From an uncultured Chloroflexia bacterium (GTDB taxonomy: Bacteria > Chloroflexota > Limnocylindria > Limnocylindrales > CSP1-4), in NCBI GenBank assembly GCA_963713975.1, contig OY970218.1, positions 736,001-800,000 on the forward strand: a stretch of DNA of 64,000 nt, read 5' to 3'. Positions within the stretch are counted from its first letter, which is position 1. Every line of letters begins with the position of its first letter. The notes under the pieces were generated by a model. That model was not told the origin of the DNA, did no database searches, and saw only the letters and a program-made list of their open reading frames with translations. The translations under genes were made by a program, and so were the position numbers. Positions 46,001 through 53,728 of the stretch are shown piece after piece.

Positions 46001-46188
46001 CGGAGTTCAACTACCAGATGGAGCCGCCGGAGAAGCCCAGTGAGCTTGGCCGCCACGTGCCCGGCGAGACGGCCCCGGCAGAACGGATGGGCACCTACGC
46101 GGAGGTCTCACTCGGCCTCACGACGATGGCGGCAGCCGCTGAGACATCCCGCTGCCTGCGCTGCGACGTCCGAAGCGTCGAGAGCTAG
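43033..46188 (+). CDS. HoxF/NuoF-like FMN-NADH subunit fused to a GltD/NfnB-like FAD-FeS domain
   Basis: N-terminal thioredoxin-like FeS domain (GMGTCG; GCFGFC). NuoF motifs LRGRGGAG, CNADEGDPGAYM, GAGAFVCGEETAL, ESCGKCVPCR, SLCGLG. Then GltD-like PCENSCP, GRVCQHPCDNRC, GSGPTG, GGGNAAID, YRR, AGGD, RCLRC. 1051 aa. Confidence 0.92.
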   Translation: MRIQDIAAFATVREAGLAKLLPDRPRIAVGMGTCGSGNGAEGVYNAFSSEIDARGLAVQLAPVGCFGFCAEEPLVNVWVPGRPLLILHRVQPNHVDAILNSLGHGEPPPAEIVLCKIEEWDHLTGHIKYGSGYPDVPAWNEVPFFDGQVKIVLRNCGLINPDDIEEYIAIGGYQALYKVLIDQNPAGVIEQVKAAKLRGRGGAGYLTGNKWDFLYKAPGPEKYLICNADEGDPGAYMNRNEIESDPHALLEGMLIAGYVTGAPKGIIYVRAEYPLAVMRLERAIEQARAYGVLGVNVLGRGFDFEIETVEGAGAFVCGEETALIASLEGHSGRPRSRPPFPAQKGLYGKPTNINNVETWYNIAPIVSKGPAWFTETGSAKSAGTKVFSLVGKVRSTGLVEMPLGTPLAKFIYDIGGGSSDGREIKAVQTGGPSGGCIPADMLDTPVDYETLAQLGSIMGSGGMVVMDADNCMVDVARYFIEFTHSESCGKCVPCRVGLDKALRMLNRFTDGSASTDDLATLDELCRMVRDTSLCGLGQSAPNPVLTSLRHFRHEFEDHIVAKRCRAGVCEDLALSPCENSCPLHMNIPRFLQLYKEGRLEDAFLSVILDNPLPASTGRVCQHPCDNRCRRAALDESVNMRDVHRLIADEVLLSDRFDTVVERVRERRLEPTGREVAIVGSGPTGLACAYYLALFGHSVVVYDSRPAAGGMLRYALPEYRLPKAVLDKEVELIERMGVRFEFNVSVGDDITLNDLAHQYDAVFLAIGTWKEAWVYLPGTELTGVIPALPFLEAVSRDEEVPVRKQVVVIGGGNAAIDSARTARRLGADVTVVYRRERKDMPAIPEEIEAAEHEGVTITYLAAPHRIVGDGNGQVRALEAVRTRLGEFDTSGRRRPVLTDEVIRIECDTVILAVGEKVDPDFCRASGLTLKEEGTIEVDRYTLETSRERFYAGGDLISGSSNVSNAMGYGKKAARNIDKKLMGQKRFASLFPEFNYQMEPPEKPSELGRHVPGETAPAERMGTYAEVSLGLTTMAAAAETSRCLRCDVRSVES

Positions 46189-46199
46189 GGAGGATCGCC

Positions 46200-46907
46200 T
46201 TGACCGAGAAGGTGAAGGTCCGCATCGACGGAGAGGTGATCGCGGCCATGCCCGGCCAGACGATCCTCGAGGTCGCGCGAGCCAACAACAAGTACATCCC
46301 CGCCCTCTGCTACATGGAGGGCCTGAGCACTGTCGGTGCCTGCCGGCTGTGCATGGTCGAGGTGTCCGGCGTGGCGCGCCTGCTGCCTGCCTGTACCACG
46401 CCGGTGCAGGAGGGCCAGGCGGTCGTGACCACCTCGGCACAGATCGAGGACTACCGGCGGATCACGCTCGAGCTGCTGTTCGCCGAGCGCAATCACGTGT
46501 GCGCCGTGTGTGTCTCTTCGGGTCACTGCGAGCTGCAGACGCTGGCCCAGGACCACGGGGTCACGCACGTCCGCTACCCGTACAGCTGTCCGCGGCTCCC
46601 CGTCGACACGACGCACCCGCGCTACGTGCTCGACCACAACCGCTGCGTGCTCTGCTCCCGTTGCGTCCGGACCTGCGCCGAGATCGAGGGTGCTCACGTG
46701 TGGGACGTGGCCGGGCGCGGCATCGGCTCCCGCCTCGTCTCCGAGCTCCAGCGGCCATGGGGCGAGGCGACGACCTGCACCAGCTGCGGCAAGTGCGTCC
46801 AGGCCTGCCCGACAGGTGCGATGGCCGAGAAGGGCTGGGGGGTCGAGGAGATGACCAAGCAGCGGACCGTGGTCAGCCAGCTGACCACGATGCGTGAGGG
46901 CTCGTGA
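46200..46907 (+). CDS. hoxU: HoxU FeS subunit
   Basis: IPALC, GACRLC, NHVCAVCVSSGHCELQ, DHNRCVLCSRCVRTC, CTSCGKCVQACPTGA. Confidence 0.93.
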   Translation: MTEKVKVRIDGEVIAAMPGQTILEVARANNKYIPALCYMEGLSTVGACRLCMVEVSGVARLLPACTTPVQEGQAVVTTSAQIEDYRRITLELLFAERNHVCAVCVSSGHCELQTLAQDHGVTHVRYPYSCPRLPVDTTHPRYVLDHNRCVLCSRCVRTCAEIEGAHVWDVAGRGIGSRLVSELQRPWGEATTCTSCGKCVQACPTGAMAEKGWGVEEMTKQRTVVSQLTTMREGS

Positions 46908-47437
46908 TGGACAAGCCCAGGATCGGGACCTGCTGGCTCGACGGCTGCTCGGGCTGCCACATGTCACTGCTCGACATCGACGAGGCGATCATCGGCGTGC
47001 TGCGCAAGGCGGACATCGTGTTCGGCCCGCTGGTCGATGCGCAGGAGTGGCCGGAAGGTGTCGACGTGGCCATCGTGGAGGGCGCGGTCAGCAGCCAGGA
47101 CGACCTCAGGCTCGTCCAGACGGTTCGGGCGCGGAGCAAGGTCGTGGTGGCGCTGGGCGACTGTGCAGTGACGGGCAACGTGCCGTCGATGCGCAACGGC
47201 ATCTCGACCCGCAGGCTGCTCGAGCGCATCTACGTCGAGGGAGCCGACGAGACCCCAGGCGTGCCGACGGACGGCGTGCCCGGGCTGCTCAAGCAGGCCG
47301 AGCCGCTGCGCTCGACGATCAAGGTCGATGTCCACGTCCCGGGCTGTCCCCCCAAGCCCAACGCGATCCTCATGGTGCTGAGCGAGCTGCTCGAGGGCCG
47401 CGAACCTGACCTTGGATCCAAGGTCAGGTTCGGGTAG
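46904..47437 (+). CDS. hoxY: [NiFe]-hydrogenase small subunit HoxY
   Basis: WLDGCSGCHMSLLDIDE, GDCAVTGNVP, PGCPP. Short single-cluster type. Confidence 0.93.
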   Translation: MMDKPRIGTCWLDGCSGCHMSLLDIDEAIIGVLRKADIVFGPLVDAQEWPEGVDVAIVEGAVSSQDDLRLVQTVRARSKVVVALGDCAVTGNVPSMRNGISTRRLLERIYVEGADETPGVPTDGVPGLLKQAEPLRSTIKVDVHVPGCPPKPNAILMVLSELLEGREPDLGSKVRFG

Positions 47438-47558
47438 GCGTGACGTGGCTGCCCGGAGGACGACACCGAAGACGACGGGGCGCGGGCGACGCGCCCCCGA
47501 GGGCCTCGAGCCCGTCGCTGCCCCGGCGGGGCAACCGGCCGAGGCCAGGAGACCATCG

Positions 47559-48980
47559 ATGAACACGGTCACCATCCCCCACGTGTCGCGCATCGAGGGG
47601 CACGCCAAGATCACGATCAGGCTCGACGATTCGGGCCAGGTGACCGACACGCAGTTCCACGTGACTCAGGTTCGCGGGTTCGAGAAGTTCATCGAGGGCC
47701 GGCCGTACTACGAGATGCCGTCGATCACGGCGCGCATCTGTGGCATCTGCCCGGTCAGCCACCTGCTCGCCTCGTCCAAGGCCTGTGACGAGATCATGGC
47801 CGTGCGCATCCCGGCACCCGCGGCCAAGCTGCGTGAGCTCATCCACTGCGCGCAGTTCGTGCAGTCGCACGCGCTGTCCTTCTTCCACCTCTCGGCGCCG
47901 GACCTGCTGCTGGGCATGGACTTCGATCCGGCACGGCGCAACGTCGCGGGACTGCTCGAGCAGCACCCCGACGCCCTGCGCGACGGGATCGCGTTGCGCA
48001 AGTTCGGCCAGCAGGTGATCGAGCGCCTGGGCAAGGAGCGCGTGCACCCCTCGTGGACCGTGCCGGGCGGCGTGAACGCCCCGCTCGACCCGCACGCACG
48101 AGAGAAGACCCTGGCGGAGCTGCCGGCGGCCATGGCGATCGTGCGTCGCACCCTGGCGCTCTGGAAGGCGACGCTCGATGGCTTCCCGGACGAGATCGAG
48201 TCCTTCTCCAACATCCCCACGATGTACTGCGGCCTCGTTGGGCCGGACGGCTCGCTGCGGCTCTACGACGGCAACCTGCGCTTCGTGGCACCCGACGGCG
48301 CAATCCTCGCCGACCAGGTGAGGCCCGCCGACTACGCGACCTGGATCGGCGAGGCGAGCCTCTCGGACTCCTACCTCAAGGCGCCGTACTACAAGCCGGT
48401 GGGCTACCCCGATGGCGTCTATCGGGTCGGGCCGCTCGCCCGCCTGAACGTCGCCGACCGCTGCGGCACGCCGGAGGCCGATGCCGAGCTCGCGGAATAC
48501 CGGGAGCGCCTGGGCCGCATCGTCCAGAGTGGCTTCCACTACCACTACGCACGCCTGATCGAGGCGCTGTACGGCCTGGAGCGCATGGCCGAGCTGCTCG
48601 ATGACCCGGCCATCCTGGCGACCAAGGTCCGTGCCCACGCAGGTGTCAACGAGCTCGAGGGGACCGGGATCATCGAGGCCCCGCGTGGCACGCTCATCCA
48701 CCACTACAAGGTGAACGAGCATGGCGCCATGACCTGGGCCAACCTGATCGTGGCGACCGGCCACAACAACCTCGCGATGGGCCAGGGCATCCTCCAGGTG
48801 GCCAGGCGGTTCGTCGATGGCAACCGGATCCAGGAGGGAGCGCTCAACCGCGTCTCCGCGCTCGTCCGCGCCTATGATCCGTGCCTCAGCTGCTCCACCC
48901 ACGTCCTGGGCATGGCGGCGGTGGTGCTCCAGCTGCGCGGGCCGAACGGTGAGCTGCTGGACGAGGTGGCGAACGGGTAG
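47559..48980 (+). CDS. hoxH: [NiFe]-hydrogenase large subunit HoxH (group 3d-like)
   Basis: SRIEGH, RGFEKF, L1 RICGICPVSH, EAPRGTL.HHY, L2 YDPCLSCSTH, followed by a 25-aa C-terminal extension. Confidence 0.95.
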   Translation: MNTVTIPHVSRIEGHAKITIRLDDSGQVTDTQFHVTQVRGFEKFIEGRPYYEMPSITARICGICPVSHLLASSKACDEIMAVRIPAPAAKLRELIHCAQFVQSHALSFFHLSAPDLLLGMDFDPARRNVAGLLEQHPDALRDGIALRKFGQQVIERLGKERVHPSWTVPGGVNAPLDPHAREKTLAELPAAMAIVRRTLALWKATLDGFPDEIESFSNIPTMYCGLVGPDGSLRLYDGNLRFVAPDGAILADQVRPADYATWIGEASLSDSYLKAPYYKPVGYPDGVYRVGPLARLNVADRCGTPEADAELAEYRERLGRIVQSGFHYHYARLIEALYGLERMAELLDDPAILATKVRAHAGVNELEGTGIIEAPRGTLIHHYKVNEHGAMTWANLIVATGHNNLAMGQGILQVARRFVDGNRIQEGALNRVSALVRAYDPCLSCSTHVLGMAAVVLQLRGPNGELLDEVANG

Positions 48981-49006
48981 CCGGCGGCAACGATGGAGGT
49001 TGAGGG

Positions 49007-49723
49007 ATGAAGCACGCCGTGATTACCGGGGGCGCGAAGGGGATCGGCGGCGGCGTCGCCCGGGAGCTGACCGCGGATGGCTGGCACTGCACGATCCTGG
49101 ACGTGGATCCCGCCGGAGCCGCCATCGCGGAGGAGCTCGGCGGTGGGTTCGTCCTTGCCGACGTCACCCGGCCCGAGGAGCTGCGTGAGGCGTTCGCGGA
49201 GCTCGCTGCACGCGTCGGTCCACTCCATGGCCTGGTGAACTGCGCCGGGATCAACCGGACCGGAGCGTCGGCGGAGCTCGGCATCGAAGACTGGCAGCGG
49301 GTGATCGACATCGACCTGTCCGGCACCTTCTACGCCTGCCAGGCGGCCTACCCGCACCTAGTGGCCGGTGCGGCCATCGTCAACCTCGCCTCCGTGTTCG
49401 CCATGCGCGCGCTCCCGGGGCGCGTCGCCTATGCCGCGGCCAAGCATGGCGTGGTGGGGATCACCCGCGTGCTCGCCGTCGAGTGGGCGGACCGGCCGAT
49501 CCGGGTGAATGCCGTCGCACCGTCGTGGACGGACACGCCGCTGATCCGCGACCAGGTGGCGGCCGGCACGATCGATCTCGGTGTGCTCGAGCATGTCCCT
49601 TTCCGGCGCCTCGCACGGGTGGAGGACATCACCGGGGCCATCGCCTTCCTCCTCGGCGACAAGGCCTCCTTCATCACCGGCCAGACGCTGTACGTGGACG
49701 GCGGCTACACCTGGGCCGGATAG
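49007..49723 (+). CDS. Short-chain dehydrogenase/reductase
   Basis: TGGAKGIG, VNCAG, YAAAK, VNAVAP, ITGQTLYVDGG. Confidence 0.92.
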   Translation: MKHAVITGGAKGIGGGVARELTADGWHCTILDVDPAGAAIAEELGGGFVLADVTRPEELREAFAELAARVGPLHGLVNCAGINRTGASAELGIEDWQRVIDIDLSGTFYACQAAYPHLVAGAAIVNLASVFAMRALPGRVAYAAAKHGVVGITRVLAVEWADRPIRVNAVAPSWTDTPLIRDQVAAGTIDLGVLEHVPFRRLARVEDITGAIAFLLGDKASFITGQTLYVDGGYTWAG

Positions 49724-49740
49724 CGGCGGCGACTGACCGA

Positions 49741-49776
49741 TTGCGCTTGGCGGGCGAGGTCCCCACAATCGCGTCC
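49741..49776 (+). promoter_or_regulatory. Leaderless promoter
   Basis: TTGCGC, 17-bp spacer, CACAAT (49764-49769), 7 nt to ATG 49777. Confidence 0.55.
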
Positions 49777-50103
49777 ATGAACACCAGCGCTGCGTGGGTC
49801 GCCGTGGACGAGAGCGGCAACCCACTCCCCAGTCCATGCCTCCACGTCACGGGCCTCCCGGCGTTCGAGTCGCAGCCGCCGCCGCAGTGCGTGGACTGCA
49901 TCCGCGAGGGCAGCCGCTGGGTGCACCTACGCCAGTGCCTCGTCTGCGGCGAGGTCCGCTGCTGCGACAACTCGCCGCGCCGCCATGCGACCGCGCACTG
50001 GCACGCCTCCGCGCACGCGGTCATCCGCTCCTATGAGCCCGGTGAGACCTGGGGCTGGTGCTACGCGGAGGACCTCTCGCTGACGCCGGCGGAAGCCGGC
50101 TGA
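49777..50103 (+). CDS. Stand-alone UBP-type zinc-finger protein
   Basis: CLH...CVDC..EGSRWVHLRQCLVCGEVRCCDNSPRRHATAH...SYEPGETWGWCY. Confidence 0.88.
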   Translation: MNTSAAWVAVDESGNPLPSPCLHVTGLPAFESQPPPQCVDCIREGSRWVHLRQCLVCGEVRCCDNSPRRHATAHWHASAHAVIRSYEPGETWGWCYAEDLSLTPAEAG

Positions 50104-50176
50104 ACGGGGTTGAGGCCGGCTGAACGGCGCCAGCCGAGCGCATCCGGCGCGCCATCAGCCGAGCGGCTACCGGCGG

Positions 50177-51056
50177 TCAGACGGGCGGGTGGAGCACGAT
50201 CCGCGTCAGGCCGGGCTCTCCCCGGTGAAGTGCCTCGAACGCCGCCGCGCCGTCCTCGAGCGGCTGCACGCGGCTGATCAGCTCTGCCACGCGCAGGCGC
50301 CCGTCGGCGATCAGCTCGATGCACTCGGGGTACTCGCCGGCGCTGGCGGACGAGCCGCGGATGGTGAGCTCGCCCGAGACGATCCCCTGGAGATCCTGCT
50401 CGACCCGCGGCTGGACGTTGCCGGTGAACGTCAGGCTGCCGCCGGGACGCGTCAGCGCCATCGCCAGGTCGATCGTCGCCTGGATGCCCACCGCCTCCAG
50501 GACGACGTCGGCCGTACGGCGCCCCGTGGCCAGCTCGAGGTCCGTGGCAGGGTCGCCGCCCGCCGAGTCGATCGTGACGTCCGCGCCCAGGTGCCTCGCG
50601 AGCTCCAGGCGCTGGGGCTGGATGTCACGGGACCGGGTCCGGCAGGCGGTGGAGGAGCCGCTGCGGCACGACGAGGAACTCGGCCATCGCCCCGTCACGG
50701 CGGAACGCCGGCGTGGACACGCCGAACGCCTGGCGGGTCTCGCACAGGTTCGTGTGCCCGGAGCTGCACGGCCGGCAGGCGCCGCACCACACGATGGAGT
50801 CGAACGTGACGCGCGTCCCCGGTGCCCACGCCTCCGGTTCCACACCCGCGCCAACGGTCTCGATGACGCCCGCCGCCTCGTGACCCATGATCACGGGCGG
50901 GTTCCGACGCCCGGTGGTCCCCGTGTAGCCAAGGACGTCCGAGCCACAGATGGCGACGGCGCGGACGCGGACCAGGACCTCCCCGGCGCCGGGCGCGGGA
51001 TCGGGACGGTCCATGTGCTCCAGCCGCAGGGGGCCCGTGTACACGAGTGCCTTCAC
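50177..51056 (-). pseudogene. Zn-dependent (MDR) dehydrogenase disrupted by an internal deletion and frameshift
   Basis: The N-terminal half (ICGSD, GHE, CGACRPC..GHTNLC) stops at LPDPVP* (50625). The C-terminal half continues in another frame (DIQPQRLELARHLGAD...IRGS). The EP/GxGxxG segment is absent. Confidence 0.8.
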
Positions 51057-52099
51057 CGAGTCCCTCCGGTCCGCGGGTCGACGTGGATCTTCGGGGCGTC
51101 GCCCCACTCGGGCCGGCGGCGGCCGGCAAGGACCCCGTCGGCATCGTCCAGGGAGACCGTGGCGCAGATGAGCGGCCGCGGGTCGACGGCGTTCGAGGCA
51201 TACAGGTCGATGATCCCCTCCAGGCCCCCGGAGGCACTGAGCACGCCGACCGCCGTCACGTCCTTGAGCGCCATCGTGCGGGTGTCGATCAGGCTGGGCT
51301 GGCCGGCCAGGCCGATGTAGACCACGCGGCGTCCCGGCTCCACGAGGTCGAGGGCAAGGACGGGCGGCCCGACCGAGTTGGAGGCATCGACGACCGCGTC
51401 CCAGCGCAGATCGGGCAGCGTCTCCGTCGTCCAGACGTCGTCGAACCCGAGCGTCCGGGCGAAGCTCCGGGACCGCTCGCTGCGGCCGGCCAGGTGGACC
51501 TCGACGCCCTGCGCCGTGGCGACCTGGGCGACCAGGAGCCCGATCGTCCCGGGCCCGATCACCAGCAGCCGCTCGCCGGCCTCGAGCGCGGCCCCACGCA
51601 CGGCGCGCAGCGCGTTGCCACCCGGTTCGACCATCGCCCCCAACGCGGGTCCCACCGATTCGGGCAGCGGCACGAGCGCTCGGACGGGCACCGGCAGCTG
51701 CTCCGCAAGTGCGCCGGGCCAGCCGTTGCGGACGCCGATCTCGTAGCGGTCCGCACACAGGTGCTGGCGCCCGGCCGTGCACCGCCCGCAGGTCCCGCAG
51801 CCCAGCATCGTGTCGCCCGTCACCCGGCGCCCCACCCACGACGAATCCACGCCGTCTCCGACCGACGCGACCACCCCGGCCCATTCGTGGCCGATGCGGA
51901 TCGGGTACTCGGCCTCGCCGGTGTGCAGGTAGGCCATCTCGCCGGTGTAGAGCTCGACGTCGGTGCCGCAAACGCCCGCCCGTTCGACGTCGACGATGAC
52001 CTCACCCGCCCGGGGTTCCGGGCGCGGAAGGTCACGCACCTCGGCCACGCCCGGCCCAACGATCACGAACGCCCGCATGGTCGCGGCCTGGTCACCCAT
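51053..52099 (-). CDS. Zn-dependent alcohol/polyol dehydrogenase
   Basis: GVCGTD, GHEWAG, CGTCGRC..GRQHLC, VEP, GPGTIG. Confidence 0.92.
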   Translation of the reverse strand: MGDQAATMRAFVIVGPGVAEVRDLPRPEPRAGEVIVDVERAGVCGTDVELYTGEMAYLHTGEAEYPIRIGHEWAGVVASVGDGVDSSWVGRRVTGDTMLGCGTCGRCTAGRQHLCADRYEIGVRNGWPGALAEQLPVPVRALVPLPESVGPALGAMVEPGGNALRAVRGAALEAGERLLVIGPGTIGLLVAQVATAQGVEVHLAGRSERSRSFARTLGFDDVWTTETLPDLRWDAVVDASNSVGPPVLALDLVEPGRRVVYIGLAGQPSLIDTRTMALKDVTAVGVLSASGGLEGIIDLYASNAVDPRPLICATVSLDDADGVLAGRRRPEWGDAPKIHVDPRTGGTR

Positions 52100-52171
52100 G
52101 CCGATCATGATGTCATCCCTCGGGGCACGAGGCGGGCTCACGGGACGATCGCCGGTGGCAGACTTCGGCGC

Positions 52172-52750
52172 ATGACCGTGTTCGACCGCGCCTACGAGGC
52201 GACGCCGAGCTGGGACATCGGCCGCGCCCAGCCGGCGGTGATCCGGCTCGCCGATCGCGGTCTCGTCCAGGGCGGCGTCCTCGATGTCGGGTGCGGCACC
52301 GGCGAGAACGCGCTCGAGCTCGAGCGGCGTGGGTTGCAGGTCACGGGGATCGACATCGCTGCCCGCGCGGTGGAGCGGGCTCGTGCGACCGCCGCAGAGC
52401 GCGGGCTCGCCGCGCAGTTCCTGGTCCATGACGCATTCCGCCTCGCCGCCCTCGGGCGCACCTTCGACACGCTCCTCGACGTCGGACTGTTCCACGTCCT
52501 CCAGCCGGAGGAACGCGGGCCCTATGCCGCGAGTCTGCGGGGCGTCCTCCGGCCCGGGGGTGCTTGTCTCCTGGTCTGCTGGAGCGACCGGAACCCGTTC
52601 GGGATCGGTCCCGCGCGAATTCGCCGAACCGACATCCGGACGTCGTTCCGGGACGGGTGGCGGGTCGAGTCGATCGAGCGCGAGACGCTCGACACCAGGC
52701 TCGAGATGGGGGTGGCCCACGCCTGGCTGGCGTGGATCGTGGCGGCCTGA
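52172..52750 (+). CDS. Class I SAM-dependent methyltransferase
   Basis: PSWDIGRAQP, VLDVGCGTGEN, FDTLLDVGLFH, LRPGG. Confidence 0.9.
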   Translation: MTVFDRAYEATPSWDIGRAQPAVIRLADRGLVQGGVLDVGCGTGENALELERRGLQVTGIDIAARAVERARATAAERGLAAQFLVHDAFRLAALGRTFDTLLDVGLFHVLQPEERGPYAASLRGVLRPGGACLLVCWSDRNPFGIGPARIRRTDIRTSFRDGWRVESIERETLDTRLEMGVAHAWLAWIVAA

Positions 52751-52810
52751 GGGACCTGATCCAGCCGCGAGCGCCGCCGGTAGACTCGTGGCCTGACAGA
52801 GGAGCAGCCG

Positions 52811-53728
52811 ATGACACCACGACATGCCGCCCTGCGGGAAGCCCTCGGTTCCGTGGGGATCTGGAGCTTCGCCCTCCAGACGAAGCCCGCGGCCGAAGAG
52901 CAGGCCGCCGTCACCGCCTACGAGGCGCTGGGCTACCCTGCGGCCTGGTTCCCGGAGAGCCTGGGCAGCAAGGAGGCGCTGGCCCACGCTGCGATCCTCC
53001 TTGCCGGCAGCTCGCGAATCCGCGTCGCGACTGGGATCGCCAACATCTACGCCCGCGACGCGGCGGCGATGATCAACGGGGCCCGCACGCTCGCCGAGGC
53101 GCATCCGGGCCGCTTCGTACTGGGGATCGGCGTCAGCCACGCGCCGTCGGTGGCGGCCCGCGGGGGTACATACGGCCCGCCGGTCACCACCATGGCGGCG
53201 TACCTGGACGCGATGGACGCGACGGACTACGCGGGGCCACCGCCCCCGGTCCAACCGCCCGTGCTCCTCGCGGCGCTGGGGCCGCGGATGCTGGATCTCG
53301 CCGCCGAGCGCACAGATGGCGCCCACCCGTACTTCGTCCCGGTCGAGCACACGCGCATCGCCCGCGAGCGGCTGGGTCCGGATCCCGTACTGGCGGTGGA
53401 GATGACCGCCGTCATCGACACGGATCCGGGGCGTGCCCGCGACGTCGCGCGGGGCTTCGCCGGCCGTTACCTCGGCCTGGCCAACTACGCCAACAACCTC
53501 CGCCGCCTGGGCTGGTCCGACGAGGACCTGTCGGGCGGCGGGAGCGACCGGGTGCTCGACGCCGTCGTACCACAGGGGGACGTGGCCAGGATCGCCGGCC
53601 GGGTCCGGGAGCACCTCGACGCCGGTGCCGACCACGTGTGCGTCCAGCTGCGGGCCTCGGACCCGACGGACCTGGGGCTCAGTGCCTACGCGGAGCTGCG
53701 GGACGCCCTGGCCGACCTCTTAGCCTGA
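52811..53728 (+). CDS. Luciferase-like (LLM) oxidoreductase, probably F420-dependent
   Basis: ATGIANIYAR, LGIGVSH, LAALGPRML, GAHPYFVPVEHT, NYANNLRRLG, AGADHVCVQ. Confidence 0.88.
   Translation: MTPRHAALREALGSVGIWSFALQTKPAAEEQAAVTAYEALGYPAAWFPESLGSKEALAHAAILLAGSSRIRVATGIANIYARDAAAMINGARTLAEAHPGRFVLGIGVSHAPSVAARGGTYGPPVTTMAAYLDAMDATDYAGPPPPVQPPVLLAALGPRMLDLAAERTDGAHPYFVPVEHTRIARERLGPDPVLAVEMTAVIDTDPGRARDVARGFAGRYLGLANYANNLRRLGWSDEDLSGGGSDRVLDAVVPQGDVARIAGRVREHLDAGADHVCVQLRASDPTDLGLSAYAELRDALADLLA

Noticed and set aside
42503-46907. Respiratory complex I nuoEFG genes
   Set aside because: They are followed directly by [NiFe]-hydrogenase small and large subunits, the NuoG-like protein is HoxU-sized, and no membrane nuo genes are present.
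50097-50170. Short direct repeats (ggctgaacgg x2, cagccgagcg x2) between convergent genes
   Set aside because: Too short and GC-rich to distinguish from chance, and not alignable to the 143-bp element beyond a few bases.
50625-50627. TGA as selenocysteine or programmed readthrough in the dehydrogenase
   Set aside because: The downstream half is in a different frame and an essential segment is missing, so recoding would not restore the protein.
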